From Ginkgo biloba (Eukaryota > Plantae > Ginkgophyta): 22,009 nt of DNA. A program made the translations under genes and the position numbers. The stretch lies in assembly GCA_024626585.2 (NCBI GenBank), contig JANKJI020000001.1, positions 3,608,321 to 3,630,329 of the forward strand, read 5' to 3'. Under the pieces are notes generated by a model. The model was not told where the DNA came from. It worked only from the letters and a program-made list of their open reading frames with translations, and did no database searches. This document shows positions 11,459 to 22,009 of the stretch, in pieces. Positions within the stretch are counted from its first letter, which is position 1, and each line of letters begins with the position of its first letter.

Positions 11459-11536
11459 CATTTTGCAGCGGCGTAAAGACCTCGTTCTCTTAACTGTCGA
11501 ACGGCTACCCGAAGTTCCAAACGATAGTTCTCCTTG
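11459..11536 (-). CDS. APC8: APC8/CDC23 exon 1 (partial; the start codon falls in the 100-N gap at 11537-11636)
   Basis: KENYRLELRVAVRQLRERGLYAAAK(W) matches the plant APC8 N-terminus KECCRNEIRAAIRQLSDRCLYSAAKW. The phase-2 donor TG|gtaata joins the first G of exon 2 to rebuild Trp across a 274-bp GT-AG intron (11458-11185). Confidence 0.92.
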
Positions 11537-11636
11537 NNNNNNNNNNNNNNNNNNNNNNNNNNNNNNNNNNNNNNNNNNNNNNNNNNNNNNNNNNNNNNNN
11601 NNNNNNNNNNNNNNNNNNNNNNNNNNNNNNNNNNNN

Positions 11637-12623
11637 TAGGCATGGGCCTTAGCATCCCTTATCTCCCACTTTCTTATCTCATCCAATTGTGTACTCTATA
11701 TTGGTTTCTAATTTTTCCCATCCACCAAACCAATAATATCCTTTTCTATCAACAACATCTCCATTTTAAGTTTTTAAAGACCAAAATTTTTTCCATAAAA
11801 TTATGGTACCAAGATTTGAGAGTCTACAACAATATTGTTAGCCATTTTGACAACCTCTATTTTTGAAGAATTTTAATCAGTTTCTATAAAATTACTCAAT
11901 CATAAATTAAATTTGAGAATTCAATATAATGCAAATGAAACTTATTATGATACCATGTTAAAATTTATCACTTATGGCATAATATATTACTTGTAGTGAT
12001 ATAAGTAACCCAATGGAAAAACATGCAAGTAAGTTTTTGTCAACTAATAGAAAACTCCTAATATGCAAGTAATTTTTTGTCAACTGATAAAAAATTGTCT
12101 GCACATAAAATGCAAGTAGCAAGTTGCAAGTGGTTTCACCTTCAACAAGTCAATTTCTACTTGCAGGTGGGATGCAAGTGGCCACACCTTCAATAGACCA
12201 ACATCTACTTACATTTGGGATGCAAGTGACCATACCTTCAGCAACCCTATGTTTACTTATAGGTGGGATGCAAGTGTTAACANNNNNNNNNNTATTGCAC
12301 ACATGGTGAACAATAATAGTTGGTGGTGGATGTATGCATTAACAATGCATTGCACACACAGAAAATAAGACTAAAGGAAAAAATATTAATCATAGCATAG
12401 AGAGAATGGATGGAATCGACCTTTCATTCCATCAACACTTTCATAAATTCCAACACACATATATATACAACATGAAATCATAATGGCCCATGTGATTAGA
12501 TTTACAAACTTAATCTCCAAAAAGAAAATCGCTTCATTCACTTGCAAATGAATCATTTTATGTACACTCNNNNNNNNNNNNNNNNNNNNNNNNNGTTTAT
12601 ACAATGCCCTTGACTCCTTAACA
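11637..12623 (-). mobile_element. Ty1/Copia retrotransposon 5' portion: LTR (12623-11956), PBS (11955-11948), decayed gag start (~11845-11637)
   Basis: The LTR has inverted termini TGTTAA...TTAACA. PBS TGGTATCA follows the LTR end directly. Gag translates P*FYGKNFGL*KLKMEMLLIEKDIIGLVDG..WEIRDAKAHA (Copia FxGxNFxxWKxKM pattern). A TATA-like TATATATA sits near 12460. Confidence 0.8.
12024..12282. repeat. TGCAAGT-anchored tandem array inside the Copia LTR (40-47-bp units, then three 48-bp units)
   Basis: TGCAAGT occurs at 12024, 12064, 12111, 12125, 12173, 12221 and 12269. Confidence 0.85.
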
Positions 12624-14129
12624 CACTACTACTTAACTCGTTCATTTCATTGAAATGTTGTATTTATTCAGGGAAGGAATATACTTTATTATTTAGTTCA
12701 TCCCCTTTATACAAATCTCACTTTGACCTATGGAGAGTCATTTTCATTAAAAACCCCTATGAGGGGGACCTCATCAATCCTTGAGGCAACAAGAACTGCC
12801 CCCAAAATATGGTGGAATAGATCAGGGTTGATCNNNNNNNNNNNNNNNNNNNNNNNNNNNNNNNNNNNNNNNNNNNNNNNNNNNNNNNNNNNNNNNCCCA
12901 TACCCTTATTCCTGATACCAATCTAAATTCACCATCATTCAAAAAATAGTGGGACTAATATTCTTGCTACTCAAAATTTCTTCCTTGCTCATTAGAATAA
13001 TTCCAATCCAGACCAACCCCGTATTATTAAAGTTGAATAGACTATGGATCCTATTGATTGTGATCCATCTCATCAAACAGGTCCTCGATAAACCTCAAAT
13101 TCCTTTCGATATTCTTTTGATAGGATCCAAGGATTGACTAATACTTAGCAGTAATCCACTAGTCCCTCATATCTTCACATACTAGTTTGTCTCATGTATC
13201 AGAATCCATGCAAGGATATATTTTTTCTCACTATCATATAGGGACTTCTATAGATCATATTCCTATGACTAGAGTTACCAACTCCCCATTCCATATCTAT
13301 TTGATTCCCACTTTTGTGCCATGTCTATATCCCCCCTTGTATGGGTCATATCTTGTTAGATATTAGAATGTCATTCCATTTTATTATGCTTAATCAACCC
13401 TATANNNNNNNNNNNNNNNNNNNNNNNNNNNNNNNNNNNNNNNNNNNNNNNNNNNNNNNNNNNNNNNNNNNNNNNNNNNNNNNNNNNNNNNNNNNNNNNN
13501 NNNNGATTAGAGGAGATATATAACATTATAGATGCATTAAAACCATAAGTGCAAGATGTAGATAGTTTGAAGTGCTTTATGTGGAAATCCAAATGTTTGT
13601 AATAATATTGCTTCTTTTGATGTGAATGAAGAGCTGTGAAAAAGGGTGATAACAATATTTTACATAACATATTATATTTAATACTATTACATCCCACATA
13701 AAAGTATTATATATTATTTATGTTATAATATATTATATTATTTTATATTCTTAGAATTTGGGTTGATTGTGGTTCCTTGGGCATTTCAAACATTCTATAG
13801 GTGATGATTCCATGGGAATTTAGTGAAGTTTATAAATTTGGGTTTTGCCCTCTAGAGGGGAAATTATGACATTTGTTATTGCATTTTTATAATTACTTGG
13901 GATTCCCCCTATAGATATGTGATTATGAATCACTTAGAATTTGTTGATACATATCAATACCTCCCTTTCTATAACATTACTTAATAGCCTCCATTTGGCT
14001 AGGTTAATTCTAAATCAATTTATATTCCTTCAGTTACTCAAAAGAGTAATTTCAATGCATCTTCATATGTTACTAATCCCCCACAATAGGGGAAAATTAT
14101 CCACCTGATGGTTAGATTTCATCAATCAT

Positions 14130-16760
14130 ACACTTATTATATAGAATATCCATTGGTTAAATTTGTTCACCTATATTTACTCCCTAATCCACTCCCTGAA
14201 GTGCCAAAGTTTGACAACTCTCTAAGAATGGATCCCACAACTCATGTTGTTGCATATGCCCTTACCTGGGTTGAATTTATGTCTTGTGATGATATACTAT
14301 TAAAAATGTTCCCACTATATTTAATAAGTGAAGAACTTAAATGGTTTTATTAGTTTCCCCAAAATTTGATCTCAACCTTTCAACAAATAGTAGACCTCTT
14401 CATCCACTACTTTGATGAGTCTAAGCCTTATGACATGGGACTTAAGGATCTATTTACCCTAAAAAAAAGAGTGATGAAACCAACTTTAATTTTTTCCCAT
14501 CCATTTTTATCGTTAATTCATTCATATAAAACCACATTTCGTGGCCAATAATTATATGATCTTTTCATGAATGCGCTCAAACCTTGGGTCCAGTTAGAGG
14601 TCCTTAAAGTTGATCCCACCTCCTTGGAAGAAGCAATAAATAAATGTCTTACATCAAATCCTAAGAGGTTTAAGATGGGGTCAACACCCTCAAATATTAT
14701 ATTGTTCATCCTTCTCTTCCAAAAGTAAACATGTTACTAGCGATGAGATTTCTAATTCGAAACCCCCTCAAATTTAGTATAAAATTTTGTACCCTATTAC
14801 ATCTTCCATCAAGTAACTAGAAAGGACCATTGTTGACATTACCAGAACTAATTCCCCTTCAAATAAATCACAAACCAAGAATCCAAATCCTATTAAAAAG
14901 GATACTAAAATAATCCATCTTGTAGAACAAAAGCCAAAGTTCCCTCCTCTAGAGGCCTCTCCCACAACTTATAAGAGACCTACTTATGACCCTAGTAACT
15001 AGTGTGATTACCATAGATGTAGGGGTCATAAAAAGGAATTTTTCTTCATACTTTAATGCCTTTTCAAATAATTTCTTGAAACAACTCTCCTATTTTGAAA
15101 CTGAACTAGGATTAGAATATCTATTAATACCCTTTCCTTTATTACGAGGAAGATAGAGAGAAAAAATGCTAAATCCATAAATAAGAAAAAGAAAACCTAT
15201 GAATCTGAATATTCTTCTACCTCAGCATCTAAAGAAAAAGAGAATCATCTTCAAAATGCCATAAATAAAATTACTCATTATAAATAGACCACTAATGAGT
15301 CTAAGGTGCCTCTCGATCATGATTTTTAATTGTCAATATCCAAGGCCCCTAGGGTAGACAATAAGAAAAATGGTGTTAAATTAATAAGTATCATTCAAAT
15401 CATGTCAAACTCTATGGAAGAAGTAATGGTCATAACATAATCTCAATATGGAAATGAAGATGCCCAAAGTTTTAAAGTTAATTCTCTTCCAACGAAACTA
15501 GAAATGCCACTCCTTCTATCCTTGGAACCACTAATGAAAAACCCTTTAACCACACAATGAAAAGGACTTGACTTTAGAAGGCATCTTCCCTAAATAATTG
15601 AAGGGAAGTCTTATTCCCTCATCAATTAATTATCTTGATTTTATCTAGGATGTCATTAATGAATGCCCTTAAGAGTTGTCTAACAAAATAGGAATATTTT
15701 CTGACTACCTTTTTTTTAACTCTCCCTAAAAGTTACACTAATATCCTCTTATTTGATCCATCCAATATTCCTAGAAAGGAATAAAAAAAATCCAACCTCT
15801 CCAACCTATTTCATATTCAGGTCAATATTAGTGAGTTCATTATATAATGATGTATAGTCTATCATGGATCCTCCATCAATTTGATGTTAGTATCAATGTA
15901 CTCACAATTAGGAGTCACTGGTATCAAACTAACTTATTAGTTAAGGGTACGATAAATCCCCCTCCCCCAAAAAAATAAATAAATAAACCCTCAATCAAGT
16001 TTTCATTCCTATCTTACTTAAGAAAAAGATAATCATAGTCAAAGCATTTTTCCTCAATCAGGAGTTTGATTATAATATCCTACTAGGGAGGCCATGGATC
16101 AATGAGATTGAGGTTGTAGTATATTCATTNNNNNNNNNNNNNNNNNNNNNNNNNNNNNNNNNNNNNNCATAAAGTAAAAATATTCCAATACTTCCCAAGT
16201 GAGACTGCAAATACCTCTTATGCCACCATTCCTCTTGTTCATATTAATCCTAAAATAAATATTGATGAATTTTATGAATCATTAACCAAGGATTTTATCT
16301 CCTTGGGCCAATATCTCTTCACTGAAGAATCTGGTCTTAGACATGTCTCCACCTCCAACGAATAGGTTTATCTATTTATTCATTCCCAATTCTACCACAT
16401 CAACATGTTTCAAGCTAATTGGCTTGAGGAAGGCTCTGTATGTACTATAAGGATATAATCACCTATATGAAAACCCAAGGATATTCAAATACCCTCACTC
16501 CAAAGAAATGAAAAGAGATTCGAGCCACAACTAGGAATTATGTCATTCTTGGAAATATTCTATATAAACAATCATTTAATAGCATCCAATTATGATGTAT
16601 TAATCCCATAGAAGCTCAAAAGGTTATTTATGAATCCCATGAGAGAATTTATGGTGTCCATTTTGGCCGACAACCAAACACCCTTAAAATTTTAAGGATG
16701 GGTTACTATTAGATTATTGTATTTTAAGACACTTATGAATATGGACAGAGACGTCATAGG
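14130..16760 (+). mobile_element. Decayed Ty3/Gypsy (Tat/Ogre-like) element: gag, Zn knuckle, protease and integrase N-terminus; RT/RNase H not seen
   Basis: Gag: VPKFD..DPTTHV..DDILLKMFPLYLISEELKWFY*FPQNLISTFQQI. Zn knuckle: YDPSN*CDYHRCRGH (~14985). Protease: CIVYHGSSINLM (~15850) and YNILLGRPWI (~16070). Integrase Zn domain: GNILYK..EAQKVIYESHERIYGVHFG..KILRMGYY (~16550-16710). Confidence 0.88.
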
Positions 16761-17460
16761 TGTTAGAATAGCAATATTAAATTGCCCATTGTGGGCTCAC
16801 TTTTCGTCAAAATTTACCTAGGTTAGTATTCACACATATTTAATTTTACTTGGGTTAGTATTGAGTTAGTGGTAGTTGTATCTACACTTGGAGATGCATT
16901 AAATACACCTAGCCCTCCATTGTATTTTAAATATGTCTTCATGTAACAAAAATGAAAAATAAAATTTTTTTTCACTCTATGTGTTTTTCCAACATGATAT
17001 TAGAGAGGATGGTTGAAAGAATGGTGGAGAATCTAGGGCATTACTTCTTCAATGGAGAGTATTTTATATTCTTTTTGAAGAGTTGAAGTATATGCTTTAG
17101 TTCTCATTTTTTTGACTTAGTGTGAGTCAAGTTTGTGAGAAATATTTGGTTTATTGTGAACCAATATTATGAGTTAGTGAAAATATCTTGAATATGGTTG
17201 GAGTGAGGATCCAACATTAAATTTTTATATATTGTGGCTAAGAGAAGAAGGAAGAAAAAGGATTGAGACAAGCCTATGAAGCTGTGAAATTGTTATGTTG
17301 AGAAGGTGAATATTTATGAAGCTATTTTATTACTTTCTAAGAGAAAGAATTAATGAAGTATTGGAGATAAAAATTTATTCAAGAAAAGATACTACAAATA
17401 CAAGAGAAAGAAGAAGCTTTCTACAATATTTATGAGGATTTATAGTTTTAAGAAAGTAGG
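16761..17460 (+). mobile_element. Decayed Ty1/Copia 5' portion: putative short LTR (16761-16994), degenerate PBS, gag remnant
   Basis: Termini TGTTAGAA...TTCCAACA form a 7/8 inverted match. TGATATTAGAG (16995-17005) follows directly and is 9/11 to TGGTATCAGAG. Downstream fragments FNGEYF and EKIL..LSTIFMR resemble Copia gag. Confidence 0.5.
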
Positions 17461-18425
17461 CTTGATTGGACTTGAAAAATATACAACTATGTGCTAAAAT
17501 ATAACAGTGGTATTATTTTCAAAATGATTTATTCATGATCATTAGTTTTACTTTTATCAGATAGAAGTCTATGTGACTGCAAGTCTATGAGATTGTTCTA
17601 GATGTGAGAACTTTGACACTATTAAAAGATTATTCTTTCTGTGTGAAAGAATTATGTATTATATATTTATTATATGATTTTGTTAAGAAGAGAACAGTAG
17701 AAAGAGTTGGAAGAAGAAACTAAGAAGAACTGCCAAAGAGTAAGAAAGAAGCTTCTATTAAGAAGAATAAAATAAAAAATATATAAATCAACAACAAAGG
17801 AGAATCAAGAAAAATAAAACCTCCTACATATATCCATGAGATGAAATATGTCCAATATTAATAGTTAATGTTTAGTTGAGTGTAGGAAGATCATAAGAGT
17901 ATTTCTATATTCATTTTTATATGAGAATTTATGGAAAAGTAGAAATAGATTAGTCTAGGCATATGTTATCAATTCTTTTAGAAATACAATGGATGGTGAT
18001 TTTCCACAAGATGGGTGGATGTAGTGAACCTCTTAGGGTTTCACTACTCAAAATAAATAACATGGAAGAGTACNNNNNNNNNNNNNNNNNNNNNNNNNNN
18101 NNNNNNNNNNNNNNNNNNNNNNNNNNNNNNNNNNNNNNNNNNNNNNNNNNNNNNNNNNNNNNNNNNNNNNNNNTCCAACTAAAATTATGGAATTCTGGGG
18201 CATCTGTTCTTAGACATCTTTTTGTAGACATATTTACAAGAGGGAGTATATATAAATATAAAATGAACAATTTTCCAACTTTTAAATTTGCACTTGCAAT
18301 CAAAGATACCTAGTTTACTAGCATCAAATTAATTAATGCAACCACAACATATTTCTAAACAAAATGCCATGTACCCTACAAAGAACTTCCAACTCATCAT
18401 GGTGCTCCATAATTTCCTAAGTATA

Positions 18426-18549
18426 TCAACAAAGAGAGATTCTATATTGACTATAGTTCTGAATAACTACGCACATTAATTGCATCTCAACAAACAGAGA
18501 TTCTATATTGACTATAGTTCTGAATAACAACGAACATTAATTGCATCTC
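18426..18549. repeat. Tandem duplication, 2 x 61 bp
   Basis: tcaacaaa(g/c)agagattctatattgactatagttctgaataac(t/a)acg(c/a)acattaattgcatc starts at 18426 and 18487, with 3 differences. Confidence 0.95.
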
Positions 18550-20290
18550 TTAAAGCCAAGCCACAACTGATTTTGATGTTCCAACACATTCCTCAAACAC
18601 AAATCCCAGCATATCCTCTCCCAAAAACAAGATTAGGTGCATTGTCTAGAACTTGCAGGATAGTGAAGTTCACTTTCTGCCAATAGCACCTAGATGCCAC
18701 CCATCTTTGATTTTTTATTACAGCACAAGACCTGAAGCATGAATAAAAGCAAAATGGCTAGCTTTTGAATCCCTTTCAGCAAAATTTTGAACCCTTTCAA
18801 CGGCCCTATCTATGCCAAGGATGTATATATTGTCCCATTTAGAATCACATGGAGATTTTGCATAACTGTCATATACACCAAGATTGTAACAACTATCACA
18901 TGTCAATATTTTTCCTTGTATCAGAATTTCCAATGATAAAAATCTGCTGCGTCACAATATTCACTTTGACTATTAACATACGAAGATGTCCGATACATGT
19001 CATGCCATGTTTCTTTGCTTTATAATACTGAAGCTCTTAAGGCTGAAAAGCAACACTTGTAACAGACATGAGCTTATTCTGAATAACACAACAAACAAAT
19101 AGTTCTTTGAATTCCTTACTGGATATTTAACATAGACATAATTTATAATCCTGAGCTATCCAAAATTTGGCATGCCCCTCTGTAAAATGCGAATATAATT
19201 ACGAATATCTTATCTTTGAAATGTTGGTTTACAGAAACAAGAATACAGCTCAACCAGCTGCACTATGAAAATGAAATATTTAAGCATTGCTACAGGCTTC
19301 AGGCTTAACTCTAGACAAAGACAACCTGATCAGACAATGCCCAGTCTATACAAGGGTAAGTTGCAAGGACACGTGCCCAGCATGCACTCCAATTCCATGA
19401 AACAGTGATGCATGCAATTGGCACTTTGGACAACGCAACTTCATGGGCTAACTTCAGTTTCAATCTAATGATATCTAAAATATCTAGATTTCCCTTCACT
19501 GAAATGCACCAGCATTTGTAATCCTGCTGCTGAGATGCTGCACCAAACATTTAAGGTGAGGCATGGCCAAAACTGCACGAGCAACTAATAAGAGAACAAA
19601 GGCGGCTGTTTTCCAGGGGATAAAAAGTTTATCCTACAAAGTAGATTTCATCTGCAGCACAAAGTAAACATCATAAGACCAGAAAGCATTANNNNNNNNN
19701 NNNNNNNNNNNNNNNNNNNNNNNNNNNNNNNNNNNNNNNNNNNNNNNNNNNNNNNNNNNNNNNNNNNNNNNNNNNNNNNNNNNNNNNNNNNGTCTCATAA
19801 GACGGTTGCCATAACTTGTGCCTTAATTCAGTGCCTTCTAAAAACACTGAAGTAGTTACATGCTTTGTATTTCAACTCCCCCTCTTCTCTTTAGTAATCC
19901 ATTGCAAAATTAAGAGCTTTTTGTAGTAGTTAATATCGAGTATTGGAAGCTGTTTAACAAAAATTATCACCTCTTCTTATATGGTAATGTTCCCATTAAC
20001 CCAATTAAGCATCAACCCATAGTTATAAAAACTCATTTGACTTAATAATCAACTTAGGAGGAAAATGGCCTTTGCTTTCATTGTACTCATTTTACCTTTA
20101 AGCAGCTGACAAAAAATCATAATGACCATTGCTTTGCCCTCATCATATAGGAAAAGAAAAAAGAGGGACCATCTAAATCACACTCTGCATGTTATTTACT
20201 AGGAAGAAGCATATGCTACAAAATCCGTGAAAATTGTAGCTGAAACATGGACTTCTAAAGAGACAAAGAAAAAGGACGAGTTTACATTAC

Positions 20291-20362
20291 CTGTAACCAT
20301 GCATCAGTAACAAACTTGAGTTGTGAAACAGGTTGGCACTGTTTGTCACTCAATTTTTCAAT
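20291..20362 (-). CDS. Internal coding exon of an ARIADNE-family RBR E3 ubiquitin ligase (ARI7/ARI8-like, Ariadne domain)
   Basis: A 72-bp phase-0 exon, tttgcag|ATT...CAG|gtaatg, translates IEKLSDKQCQPVSQLKFVTDAWLQ. This matches the plant ARI7/8 segment EKLSD.QC.PESQLKFI.EAWLQ that precedes IVECRRVLKWTYAYGYY. It is too short for the ORF track. Confidence 0.88.
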
Positions 20363-20693
20363 CTGCAAATTGTGCAGAGCAATGGCATTAGCATTCCTGA
20401 CCACCACCAGCAAATTCCTAAGAAAAGAAGCAAGTAGCTTAATCCCTTACATTCACATGCATTTGCCTCATCAATTGACCAATGAAAAGCCATATTTCTC
20501 AAATGTCTTACTCATGAAGTGATGAAAATAGAACCTATGTTTATGTTTTTCTAATCCCAATTGTGTTTCCAAGTATAAAAGTTAGAAGTACTACAAAGCA
20601 ACAGTTAAACAAAGGCGACAAATGATTAATGCACAGAATGTCAGAAACCAACAAATAATAGGAAGTATAGATACTAATTATTTGGAACAATTG

Positions 20694-21157
20694 ACATCTG
20701 ACCCAACTGAAAACCATTCTAACTTCAAAAAAGGCAAACCAATCTGTCCTTAACAACACAGATCTTATCCGGCTATCTACATCCAATACGTATAAAGCAT
20801 CTAATATGCAGTTACCAAACCAACACAGATATATAAGTACACCAAATATTCAAGGAAATCTGATGGCCAAAGGCAGACACAAAACCACAATGCTGGATGA
20901 TTTCAAACATCTGACCCNNNNNNNNNNNNNNNNNNNNNNNNNGATACGTCCTTCATCGGACCCAACAGGAAACCATTCTAAACTTCAGAAAAAAAAAACA
21001 GATATGTCCTTTACAACACACAGATCTTATCCAGCTCTCTACATCCAATATGTATAAAGCAACTAATATACAGTTACCAAACCAACACAGAAATATAAGT
21101 ACGCCAAATTCAAGGGCCAAAGGCAGACACAAAACCATAATGCTGGACAATTTCAAA
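20694..21157. repeat. Intronic tandem repeat of ~213-bp units (two near-complete copies plus the start of another at the N-run)
   Basis: The unit start acatctgaccc occurs at 20694 and 20907, and the variant catcggaccc at 20954. Copies 20694-20906 and 20954-21157 align throughout. Confidence 0.92.
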
Positions 21158-21832
21158 TCCAACTTCCACCTACTATGGCTACNNNNNNNNNNNNNNNNNN
21201 NNNNNNNNNNNNNNNNNNNNNNNNNNNACTACCTGATGATTATGCCCTCTTTGAGGTAAGAAACAGCATATGGCAGTATCAAAGGAGTACCTTAAGCATC
21301 CTCAAGCTAAGTGCATTAAAGTACAAATCAAATCAAACTTGAATATGATTCAATATAAGATACTTTTTATCTACTCTATATTTACCCTGTAACCTGCCCT
21401 ATATTTTATATATTTTCTTAACTATTACATATACATTTCAGAGCATACATTTTTTACTGAAACGCCAAGCCATTCACAACACATGCGCCAATTGGAACAA
21501 GACTAGACTAATAAATAACCAGAATAATCTAATAATTGACAAATTTTACCCTTGGACTTGCAGAAGAATGCAAACATGATATCTGATCAATGCTTGAATG
21601 CTGCTTTCAAATGAAAGCATTGGTTTGGCAAATGGTAGACATAAAAAGCAAGCAGCCTGCTCACACATGAAAGAAATGGCCACATTTCATAAGGAAAAAA
21701 ATGGCCACCTATGGTACCCTGGAAAAGAAGATTAACAAAATTCACACTTGATCCATTTCCTGCCAACTCTGTCAAATCCTGCATCCAAGTTGTGTTATAG
21801 AATTTTCCTGTTAATAACAGAAACTAACATCT

Positions 21833-21970
21833 TGTCCATGGCAGTATCCAATTTAGCATGTACATTTAGGTCTAAAACCCAAGACCTAGATATGTCCAAA
21901 CGGACTGTCCATGGCCTTATCAAATGCAGGACATGCATTTAGAACTAAAACCTTAAGCCTAGATGTACAA
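21833..21970. repeat. Degenerate tandem duplication, 2 x ~73 bp
   Basis: tgtccatggc..tatc.aat...catttag..ctaaaacc..a..cctagat starts at 21833 and 21906. Confidence 0.7.
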
Positions 21971-22009
21971 TTAGAACTGAATCCTATACCCAGACATCCA
22001 AATATGAGT

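Noticed and set aside
12024-12282. Regularly spaced repeat resembling a CRISPR array, or a 16-aa repeat protein (MQV...GG)
   Set aside because: The would-be spacers are homologous to each other, the context is a eukaryotic LTR, and there are no cas genes. The ORF arises because 48 is a multiple of 3.
12624-13404. Possible minus-strand Gypsy protease-RT linker remnant
   Set aside because: It looks TE-like, but I could not recover a convincing motif.
18021-18047. Hairpin GTAGTGAA...TTCACTAC as a terminator or miRNA
   Set aside because: The stem is too short for a plant pre-miRNA, intrinsic terminators do not apply here, and such a stem could occur by chance.
18718-19550. ORFs 18718-18933 and 19311-19550 as further ARI exons or small proteins
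   Set aside because: They have non-ATG starts and no resemblance to ARIADNE or any family I recognise.
20291-20417. A longer ARI exon using the upstream acceptor ttttcttag at ~20418
   Set aside because: The extra peptide NLLVVVRNANAIALHNLQ does not match ARIADNE proteins and would change the splice phase. Homology begins at IEKLSD after tttgcag.

Overview
This window is eukaryotic land-plant nuclear DNA from a fragmented draft scaffold. It has 19 N-runs, six of them exactly 100 N, and most ORF-track entries are N read-throughs or spurious. Two host-gene signals are visible, both on the minus strand. (1) Exons 1-2 of an APC8/CDC23 gene (anaphase-promoting complex subunit 8) lie at 11536-11459 and 11184-10835, with canonical GT-AG sites but a frameshift and stop at ~10910. 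(2) One 72-bp exon of an ARIADNE-type RBR E3 ubiquitin ligase lies at 20362-20291. The rest is mostly decayed retroelements: two L1-type LINEs (one on each strand), two Ty1/Copia 5' ends (LTR, PBS, gag), a Tat/Ogre-like Ty3/Gypsy element lacking RT/RNase H, other LTR fragments and several tandem duplications. There is also a well-preserved tRNA-derived SINE with A/B boxes, a poly(A) tail and a target-site duplication (TSD). I found no prokaryote-type system and cannot support a new multi-gene system. The best leads are the frameshifted but CpG-rich APC8 copy, the SINE, the hairpin repeat array in a Copia LTR and the RT-less Gypsy element. All family assignments come from manual translation and recalled motifs, not database searches.
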